Positions 57,906 to 63,871 of a stretch of DNA of 64,000 nucleotides are shown piece by piece (the stretch's first letter is position 1; every line of letters begins with the position of its first letter). Source of the stretch: a virus (taxonomy: Duplodnaviria > Heunggongvirae > Uroviricota > Caudoviricetes); the IMG/VR virus record IMGVR_UViG_3300047393_000100. One strand, 5' to 3'. Under the pieces are notes generated by a model. That model searched no databases and was not told where the DNA came from. It worked only from the letters and a program-made list of their open reading frames with translations. The position numbers and the translations under genes were made by a program.

Positions 57906-58457
57906 ATGAATAAAATAGTAATGACATTTGAGGCTTATCAAACATACAACGATTATGACAAAAACGGAAATAATACTGATAAAGTTAAAAAAGATTTGGA
58001 ATCCGACGTATTAATTAAAGCAAAACACTTAACTCCTACGTTCGACGACAAATGGATATCTTCAATTAATGATGTTTCCGACGATAAAAAAGGTATTAAA
58101 TTCGAAATAAAAACAACCACCGGAGATACTTTACATGCATTTAAAATTGGTAGATTTCTAGGCAGTTGGGAATGGTACCTAAACAAAAAGAAAATGACAG
58201 AATCAGATATTCGTATTATTCTAACCAATAAAGGGTTAACTCCTTTAGAACGATGGGAATTAAATTTTAAAGGGTTTGACGATACATACGTATATTCAGA
58301 TAGTTCTAGAGTATACATCACTGGTTCTAAGCAAGAAAAAGAAATCTTAAAAATGTATAATGATTTATCAAATGCTGATAAAAGAATTGCATATAAAATA
58401 TACACAGAATCAGGTAGACGTGAAATTAAACCATTTATAGAATTTAAAGGTATTTAA
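57906..58457 (+). CDS. Hypothetical protein with capsid-targeting-like N-terminus
   Basis: MNKIVMTFEAY. Confidence 0.6.
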   Translation: MNKIVMTFEAYQTYNDYDKNGNNTDKVKKDLESDVLIKAKHLTPTFDDKWISSINDVSDDKKGIKFEIKTTTGDTLHAFKIGRFLGSWEWYLNKKKMTESDIRIILTNKGLTPLERWELNFKGFDDTYVYSDSSRVYITGSKQEKEILKMYNDLSNADKRIAYKIYTESGRREIKPFIEFKGI

Positions 58458-58472
58458 AATAATATATAATAA

Positions 58473-59417
58473 ATGAAAAGAATTAAATTATTTGAACAGT
58501 TTATTGCTGAAAAGGAGGGTACTTCTGACTTGCATAAAATTTACTTAGCAATAGATCCAGATAGTGGACATAGATGGTGGTCTTATAAGGACTTCGCGTG
58601 TGACAATTTTTTTACACAGGTTACACTTGAAAACTATAAAGATATTAGTATAAATCCAGACCTACCTATCCTTACATACAATTCTAAGGTAACTCAGAAG
58701 CTTTTAGATGAAGGTTTAATTAAAAAGGAAAACATATATAATCTTCCAGAATTTATTAAGCAATCAGGTTCTAAGGCAGAGTTTCATAAATTAGTTGATG
58801 GAGATGAAAACATTCCAAAAACAGTCGATAATAAAGAAAAGGCATTAGAGATAGGATTTCCATTAATTGGAAAACCAGCAGAAGGACATTCAGGACTTGG
58901 GATTCAAATCTTTAAGGACCAAAAATCATGGGATGCAGCAGATCACTCAAAACTTGATGTTTATTCAGAGTATGTTGATAAAGAAAGTGAGCATAGATTA
59001 ATTACGTTTAAAGGCAAACCATTCTTTTGGATGGAAAGACAACCAATGAATGATAAGGCAAAATCAGGAGATGGAGATGGAAAAGAACAAATGGAGTTTA
59101 AATATATTAAAAGAGATATTACTAAAATTCCAGAGAAATTTAATATACTTGTAGAAAAATTTGGTAAAATATTCTCAGACCTTCCATATATTTGTTTTGA
59201 TATAATGGAAGATAAATCAGGTAAATTATATGTGATTGAAAGTAATAGTCAACCGGGTGTTCCGTTTGATTCAACTGTTCAAATCTATAGACAGTTATTT
59301 GCAGATTTTAATGGCCGTACTGTTAATGATGAAACAGATAAAGAACTTACTAAATTAAGTGAGTATCTTGACAAAAAGACGTTGTCGCTTGATAAGGAAA
59401 GATTTGAAATAGAATAA
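58473..59417 (+). CDS. ATP-grasp ligase (RimK-like) with capsid-targeting-like N-terminus
   Basis: MKRIKLFEQFIAE; SKAEFH, IPKT, FPLIGKPAEGHSGLGI, EYV, EHR, FDIM, VIESNSQPG. Confidence 0.8.
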   Translation: MKRIKLFEQFIAEKEGTSDLHKIYLAIDPDSGHRWWSYKDFACDNFFTQVTLENYKDISINPDLPILTYNSKVTQKLLDEGLIKKENIYNLPEFIKQSGSKAEFHKLVDGDENIPKTVDNKEKALEIGFPLIGKPAEGHSGLGIQIFKDQKSWDAADHSKLDVYSEYVDKESEHRLITFKGKPFFWMERQPMNDKAKSGDGDGKEQMEFKYIKRDITKIPEKFNILVEKFGKIFSDLPYICFDIMEDKSGKLYVIESNSQPGVPFDSTVQIYRQLFADFNGRTVNDETDKELTKLSEYLDKKTLSLDKERFEIE

Positions 59418-59442
59418 ATTTTAAATTTTTTTGAAAATAAGT

Positions 59443-59471
59443 AGCCAAACATTTTTTTGTTTGGCTTTTTT
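59443..59471 (+). terminator. Rho-independent terminator
   Basis: AGCCAAAC...GTTTGGCT then T tract. Confidence 0.8.
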
Positions 59472-59474
59472 GTT

Positions 59475-59482
59475 TATATTTG
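59475..59482 (+). promoter_or_regulatory. Putative host-sigma promoter -7 element TATATTTG
   Basis: Matches TAnnTTTG. Confidence 0.55.
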
Positions 59483-59512
59483 TACTATTATTAATCTTAA
59501 TATTAAATAAAA

Positions 59513-59878
59513 ATGGAAACAATTAACACAAAAAATAATCCTAAGTACATATTTAAAGAAGATTCAGGTCAAGGTAAACCTACATGGGTACTTAAGGTTG
59601 AAGATGATAGTTGGCAAAAAATTAAACACCTATTTGCTGCTAGCGGCAGACCTTCATCTGACCTAATTAAAAAAATTCCTTTTGGAAATTATGTATGGGA
59701 TTTGTATTCTCAAGAATATTCAATTTCAGGAGATAGGGTGATGCATAAAATATATGGAGTATGTGGTGATTATACTTTTGGAAATGCACCCACGTTTTAT
59801 AGACAAAAATTAAGAGGTAATAAAAGAGCTGCTAAACATGTTTTTGAGCATTTTATTAAAACCTTTTTAAATGACTAA
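59513..59878 (+). CDS. Hypothetical protein
   Basis: ORF after the promoter. Confidence 0.7.
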   Translation: METINTKNNPKYIFKEDSGQGKPTWVLKVEDDSWQKIKHLFAASGRPSSDLIKKIPFGNYVWDLYSQEYSISGDRVMHKIYGVCGDYTFGNAPTFYRQKLRGNKRAAKHVFEHFIKTFLND

Positions 59879-60224
59879 ATATAAAATACCTAGAGATCGT
59901 GTGTTTAAGGATTTTGGAATTGTAAGAACATTAAATGGTCTATATATCTGTCCAGGATGGATCCCTGTTGATGAAGGAACAACTCGAGATGATATAGAAT
60001 TCAGTGATGATATAACAGTTGACAAATATAAGCAACCCTTAAAATCACCTGAAATATCTCAGAAAGAACTTGAATTTAGGGTACCATCGTCAAATGGCAA
60101 GTCTGAATATTTAGTTACTTATAAAAGAGAGCAGTGGAATTGTAATTGTCCAGCATCTTCATTTAGAAGAGGACACTGTAAACATATTAAGGCTCTTGAA
60201 ACAAATATGGTAACTGATATATAA
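59871..60224 (+). CDS. SWIM zinc-finger protein
   Basis: WNCNCP.......CKHI. Confidence 0.8.
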   Translation: MTKYKIPRDRVFKDFGIVRTLNGLYICPGWIPVDEGTTRDDIEFSDDITVDKYKQPLKSPEISQKELEFRVPSSNGKSEYLVTYKREQWNCNCPASSFRRGHCKHIKALETNMVTDI

Positions 60225-60234
60225 TTAACAATTA

Positions 60235-60308
60235 GGTTCGGTAGCTCAGCTGGATAGAGCAACGGTTTTCTAAACCGTAGGCCACAGGTTCGAATCCTGT
60301 CCGAATCA
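60235..60308 (+). tRNA. tRNA-Arg(UCU)
   Basis: Full cloverleaf; ACGGT-TTTCTAA-ACCGT; GGTTCGAATCC; late promoter at 60216. Confidence 0.93.
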
Positions 60309-60311
60309 CAA

Positions 60312-60599
60312 ATGAAAGTAGTACATATAAATAAAGAACCATACGATGTTTATATTGGAAGACCAAGTATTTGGGGAAATCCATATTCACATAAACAAGG
60401 TACTCTTGCTGAATTTAAGGTAAATACAACAAAGGAAGCAATAAGTGCATACGAAAAATATTTACTTTCGAATAGTGAACTGATGGAAAGTTTACAAGAA
60501 TTAAAAGGAAAGACATTAGGATGTTGGTGTAAACCAGGTCCATGTCATGGTGATATTATCATAAAGATATTAAAAACATATGGGAATGAACTTTTTTGA
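60312..60599 (+). CDS. DUF4326-family protein
   Basis: VYIGRPS.WGNP, LKGK.LGCWCKP..CHGD. Confidence 0.88.
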   Translation: MKVVHINKEPYDVYIGRPSIWGNPYSHKQGTLAEFKVNTTKEAISAYEKYLLSNSELMESLQELKGKTLGCWCKPGPCHGDIIIKILKTYGNELF

Positions 60600-60627
60600 A
60601 AATAATTTAAAAAAAGTATAAATTTGC

Positions 60628-60656
60628 TGAAACAAAAAGATATATAGATATATAAT
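60628..60656 (+). promoter_or_regulatory. Overlapping middle (TGAAAC-N17-TATAAT) and late (GATATATAA) promoters
   Basis: TGAAAC 60628, TATAAT 60651, GATATATA at 60639 and 60647. Confidence 0.7.
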
Positions 60657-60706
60657 TAACACAAGAACATTAACACTCTTGTTTTTATAGAGAATAAAAT
60701 AACAAA

Positions 60707-60835
60707 ATGCAAACGACTCAAAAACATATTATTAGTAATCAACCAACCCTAGGGATGGTTGGCACAATATGTCCCTTTTATAATGGGGAACAGGGTTTTG
60801 GTCTTTTTGAAAAAAGAAATGTTAGTATGAGCTAA
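60707..60835 (+). CDS. 42-aa leader-like ORF upstream of the tRNA array
   Basis: MQTTQKHIISNQPTLGMVGTICPFYNGEQGFGLFEKRNVSMS; A-rich leader; terminator follows. Confidence 0.5.
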   Translation: MQTTQKHIISNQPTLGMVGTICPFYNGEQGFGLFEKRNVSMS

Positions 60836-60859
60836 TCACTATTAACATATACAATATTC

Positions 60860-60893
60860 AAAAGGACCTTTCAGAAATGATTGGTCCTTTTTT
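60860..60893 (+). terminator. Rho-independent terminator just before the tRNA array
   Basis: AAAAGGACC...GGTCCTTTT then T tract. Confidence 0.8.
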
Positions 60894-60903
60894 GATTTTA
60901 CAG

Positions 60904-60974
60904 GTTCAGTTGGCCGATTGGTTAGGCGCAGGATTGCAAACTCTGAGAGATTGGTTCGATTCCAATACTGAACT
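60904..60974 (+). tRNA. tRNA-Cys(GCA)
   Basis: Cloverleaf, loop TTGCAAA, U73. Confidence 0.9.
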
Positions 60975-60980
60975 CAAACA

Positions 60981-60999
60981 AACGTTATTTGACATATTG
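60981..60999 (+). repeat. 19-bp direct repeat (boxA-like), second copy 61780-61798
   Basis: AACGTTATTTGACATATTG twice. Confidence 0.85.
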
Positions 61000-61011
61000 G
61001 TAATAATAGAT

Positions 61012-61084
61012 GGATCTTTGGTATAGCTGGTGCGTACGCTAGTCTGAAGAACTAGAGGAGTAGGTTCGATTCCTACAGGATCCA
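61012..61084 (+). tRNA. tRNA-Phe(GAA)
   Basis: CTAGT-CTGAAGA-ACTAG; canonical T arm. Confidence 0.9.
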
Positions 61085-61092
61085 CAATATCT

Positions 61093-61163
61093 TGCCTATT
61101 CGTATAAAGGTGGTACAATGCTCTTTGACAGCATCGGAGGAAGGTCAGTACTTCCATAGGCAA
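61093..61163 (+). tRNA. tRNA-Gln(UUG) with noncanonical T loop
   Basis: ATGCT-CTTTGAC-AGCAT; T arm GGAAG-GTCAGTA-CTTCC; perfect acceptor stem with U1-A72. Confidence 0.75.
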
Positions 61164-61175
61164 CAAATTAAATTT

Positions 61176-61251
61176 CGGGTAGTAGAGGAGTCAGGTTTAT
61201 CTCGCTGGCCTTGGACGCTAGAGCACGCAGGTTCGAATCCTGCCTACCCGA
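61176..61251 (+). tRNA. tRNA-Pro(UGG)
   Basis: Loop CTTGGAC; canonical T arm; CGGGTAG/CTACCCG. Confidence 0.93.
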
Positions 61252-61315
61252 CTAGGAGACTGTTACTAATACATAGGGTCGTTTGTGGAAAAACGGCTGC
61301 ATAGAATTAGATTTT

Positions 61316-61389
61316 GCCTCCATAGCTCAGTTGGCTAGAGCAGCTGATTTGTAATCAGCAGGTCGTTGGTTCGAGTCCGACTGGAGGCT
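61316..61389 (+). tRNA. tRNA-Thr(UGU)
   Basis: GCTGA-TTTGTAA-TCAGC; canonical arms. Confidence 0.95.
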
Positions 61390-61399
61390 CAAAATATAA

Positions 61400-61526
61400 A
61401 GGATGGTTACAGCAAAAAATACTGAATAGACTGTTAATCTCGTGGTCGTCGGTTCGAATCCGGCTTTGTGTATCGTAAGAAAAGCAAATAGCTCAGTTGG
61501 TAGAGCACGTATCAAAAAGCAATCCT
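61400..61526 (+). ncRNA. Circularly permuted tRNA-like RNA (YrlA-type Y-RNA architecture) with ACAGCAA signature
   Basis: Order: AGGAT..TTACAGCAA, Asn-like loop CTGTTAA, T arm GTCGG-TTCGAAT-CCGGC, capped acceptor TTTG/CAAA, D arm TAGCTCAGTTGGTAGAGC, closing ATCCT. Confidence 0.8.
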
Positions 61527-61618
61527 GTTATTTTAATTTAAAAAGTGTCTCGGTCCGCTCTGCTGTTGTGGCAACGACGAGGTCTCGGTAGGCAGAAGGC
61601 CTCTGACCTACCCCAAAT

Positions 61619-61690
61619 GCGACTATCGTATAATGGTTATTACTTTAGACTTCCAATCTGAAGATGACAGTTCGATTCTGTCTAGTCGCT
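61619..61690 (+). tRNA. tRNA-Gly(UCC)
   Basis: TTAGA-CTTCCAA-TCTGA; GCGACTA/TAGTCGC; U73. Confidence 0.92.
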
Positions 61691-61693
61691 CAA

Positions 61694-61762
61694 AATTGTT
61701 AATAATTTTTGAAAATAAATGCAAAAAAAGTTTTCATGGTTCAAATATTATAGTTATATTTG
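61694..61762 (+). promoter_or_regulatory. Putative host-sigma (early) promoter module inside the tRNA array
   Basis: TTGTTAATAA...GAAAATAAATGCAAAAAA...TCAAATATTATAGTTATATTTG, shared with the 56.9 kb module. Confidence 0.7.
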
Positions 61763-61812
61763 TATAAGAAATTAAAACTAACGTTATTTGACATATTGAT
61801 AATAATTTAAAT

Positions 61813-61884
61813 GCTGCCATCGTCTAACGGTTAGGACCTATGGTTTTCATCCATAAAATTGGAGTTCGATTCTCCATGGCAGTA
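61813..61884 (+). tRNA. tRNA-Glu(UUC)
   Basis: TATGG-TTTTCAT-CCATA; canonical T arm. Confidence 0.9.
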
Positions 61885-61983
61885 CAATTTAATAATTATT
61901 CCAAAGTATGATTTTGGTAAGCATCTGAAAGTAACATCAGATTAGCAATTATAATTATTAAGAGGTAAGGAAAAGACTAAGTT

Positions 61984-62057
61984 TATTATGTGGCTGAGAG
62001 GTGATAGCACTACCAATTCTGGGTAGATGGATGAAGGTTCGAGTCCTTCCATAATAT
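61984..62057 (+). ncRNA. tRNA-like element with intact cloverleaf but aberrant anticodon loop
   Basis: TATTATG/CATAATA; CTACC-AATTCTG-GGTAG (no U33, no purine 37); GAAGG-TTCGAGT-CCTTC. Confidence 0.65.
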
Positions 62058-62305
62058 CGAAAACAAGCAAGGGCAGGTTAAACCCTAGGATTGCAATGGT
62101 CTTAGCTTAATTTTCACAAGTACTTTAAGACGTTGGAGATGGGCTCGCTACCTAATCAAAAATGAGCTTCGAAACCTTAGCAATAAGGCAGCTTAAAGTA
62201 AAGGCATAGGTAACTGAATAATGTGGTTCAAATCCACATCCGTAATAGTCAAAGGGAAAGCATTTGGAGGTTGATGTATGATGTTATAACGGATCTGCAG
62301 GTCCA

Positions 62306-62364
62306 GGATAGGTCTGGTTAAAGTAGGCAGTGCCAATACAAAAGGTTCGAATCCTTTCTATCCA
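62306..62364 (+). ncRNA. Mini tRNA-like element lacking an anticodon arm
   Basis: GGATAG/CTATCC acceptor, AAAGG-TTCGAAT-CCTTT T arm, only 29 nt between them. Confidence 0.6.
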
Positions 62365-62462
62365 CAAAGAAGATGCCTGATCAGCAATGTCTTCCTAACG
62401 ATTAAGATTGCATATAGCTTAAAGAAATTTGTCGACACTAATTTCTGTAATTTTAATTGATT

Positions 62463-62537
62463 GCTTTGTTTAGTTTATCTGGCGGAGAACGCGGGCGACC
62501 AGCCCGAAGACAATGGGTTCGAATCCCATACAAAGAC
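62463..62537 (+). ncRNA. tRNA-like element with aberrant anticodon loop (nominal ACC)
   Basis: CGGG-CGACCAG-CCCG (G33); ATGGG-TTCGAAT-CCCAT; CTTTGT/ACAAAG. Confidence 0.6.
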
Positions 62538-62543
62538 ACTAAA

Positions 62544-62621
62544 TGCGATGTTGGTCAGAGACGGTCTCATGAGCCGTATCGGTAGATATACCCTCCAGAG
62601 GTTCAAATCCTCTAATCGCAA
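62544..62621 (+). ncRNA. tRNA-Met(CAU)-like element with deleted D arm and long variable arm
   Basis: ACGGT-CTCATGA-GCCGT; GGTA-GATA-TACC variable hairpin; AGAGG-TTCAAAT-CCTCT. Confidence 0.6.
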
Positions 62622-62674
62622 CAAATCTTAAGAAGTAATTAATCCTAAGACGGATGGGTTCGAAACCATCGGAA

Positions 62675-62767
62675 TGATTATGGTGTATGGTGCACAGTAG
62701 AAGTTAGTAGGTACGGAAGTGACCGAGGGCGGACACGGGATTAAGGTTCAAATCCTTATTAGTCAGC
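62675..62767 (+). ncRNA. Expanded tRNA-like element
   Basis: TGATTA/TAGTCA acceptor, GTG-TATGGTG-CAC D-like arm, TAAGG-TTCAAAT-CCTTA T arm, about 45-nt insert with no anticodon arm. Confidence 0.5.
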
Positions 62768-62860
62768 AAAATCAATTAAAGTAAAAAGCTCGTACTGACT
62801 CTTAACTGAGAGGTACCAGTATATAGAAGGCGGGTGAAGCTCCCGAAAATTGATTTAAAT

Positions 62861-62932
62861 TGGCCTGTCGTATAAGGGTTATTACGGATGACTGTTAATC
62901 ATCTTATGCAGGTTCGATTCCTGCCGGGCCAG
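62861..62932 (+). tRNA. tRNA-Asn(GUU)
   Basis: GATGA-CTGTTAA-TCATC; G73. Confidence 0.92.
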
Positions 62933-62978
62933 CGAACAGGGTTTCACACTTAGACAGCCAACTATGGAAAGTGTAATT

Positions 62979-63059
62979 GGGATGCTTCAGTCACTGGTGT
63001 GATAGACGGTCTGTAAAATCGTTCTGTAAGAGGGTATGGTTCGATTCCATAGTGTCCCA
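62979..63059 (+). tRNA. tRNA-Tyr(GUA)
   Basis: ACGGT-CTGTAAA-ATCGT; long variable arm; TATGG-TTCGATT-CCATA. Confidence 0.88.
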
Positions 63060-63253
63060 CTATAATAAGTTGATGTACTGTGAAAGTTAATATAGGCATA
63101 TATTAATTAGGTAGGTTCGAATCCTGTTCAATAATTCCTATGTGGTGGAGCCAAGTAACAGATAATACATCATAGCCGATTTGGGTTGTGCACCTCGTCC
63201 GAGAAGCCCTAATAGTTCCTAATAGTTCGGTCTGGAACAACTTATTATTTAAT

Positions 63254-63329
63254 GGTCTTTTAGCTCAGTTGGTAGAGCAGATCGCTCATAACGATAAGGT
63301 CTCAGGTTCGAATCCTGAATGGACCACCA
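63254..63329 (+). tRNA. tRNA-CAU (elongator Met or Ile2), CCA encoded
   Basis: Loop CTCATAA; canonical D and T arms; ends ACCA. Confidence 0.92.
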
Positions 63330-63331
63330 TT

Positions 63332-63403
63332 AGTCGATTAGTTCAATGGATAGAACAACGGGCTTCGAACCCGGAAATAAGGGTTCGAATCCTTTATTGA
63401 CTA
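63332..63403 (+). tRNA. tRNA-Arg(UCG)
   Basis: CGGG-CTTCGAA-CCCG; canonical T arm. Confidence 0.88.
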
Positions 63404-63413
63404 CAAGATATAC

Positions 63414-63485
63414 TGCGGTTTAGTGTAAATGGTTAGCATTCTGGGCTCATAACCCAGAGGCGAGGTTCGAGTCCTTAATCCGCTA
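63414..63485 (+). tRNA. Initiator tRNA-fMet(CAU)
   Basis: Three G-C pairs CTGGG-CTCATAA-CCCAG; 1-72 mismatch. Confidence 0.88.
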
Positions 63486-63490
63486 CTAAA

Positions 63491-63623
63491 TGATTGTACT
63501 TGTGCAGGGAAGCACAGCCCACCGGTAAACTGGGTGCCTTTAATACGGCTAGGTTAATTTAAGGAAATGATGAAAGTGTCGCGAGTTAGTATTCATTTTA
63601 GGTTCGAATCCCCTTACAGTCAC
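63491..63623 (+). ncRNA. Expanded (133-nt) tRNA-like element
   Basis: TGATTGTA/TACAGTCA helix, TGTGC-AGGGAA-GCACA D-like arm, GGTTCGAATCC T loop, long insert. Confidence 0.5.
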
Positions 63624-63684
63624 TGTGAATAGTTTATAGGTCGTTCTGTCCTTGAGTTCTATTTAAAAACTCTAAAAAAGGCAA

Positions 63685-63755
63685 GCCCCTTAGGCTTTAA
63701 AGTGAAGCACGATACTTTTAATATCGGGAAGTAGGAGCATTACCTACAAGGGGTA
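63685..63755 (+). tRNA. tRNA-Lys(UUU) with noncanonical T loop
   Basis: CGATA-CTTTTAA-TATCG; GTAGG-AGCATTA-CCTAC; GCCCCTT/AAGGGGT; A at position 8. Confidence 0.75.
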
Positions 63756-63800
63756 CAACAGTTTACTTCGACAACGTTCTGTAAAAATCGGAGTCGACCA

Positions 63801-63871
63801 GCCTCGTTGGCGTAATGGAAGCGTATTTCTTTTACATGGAAATGGCAGTGGTTCGATTCCACTACGAGGTA
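63801..63871 (+). tRNA. tRNA-Val(UAC)
   Basis: TTTCT-TTTACAT-GGAAA; AGTGG-TTCGATT-CCACT. Confidence 0.88.

Noticed and set aside
241-58405. Numerous minus-strand and short alternate-frame ORFs overlapping long genes
   Set aside because: Shadow ORFs of the AT-biased codon usage; only 31424..31927 occupies free sequence
62121-62200. Hammerhead ribozyme or SAM-I/glycine/fluoride riboswitch
   Set aside because: Only partial motifs: TTGGAGA instead of CTGANGA, no NUH site, no AUC in P1, and no downstream gene to regulate; kept only as an unassigned RNA
60906-63400. Track ORFs 60906(-), 61092(+), 61327(-), 63188(+)
   Set aside because: They are translations across tRNA and ncRNA genes
60235-63871. 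Lack of encoded CCA (mostly CAA/CTA after the discriminator) as a novelty
   Set aside because: CCA-less tRNA genes are common and are completed by the host nucleotidyltransferase
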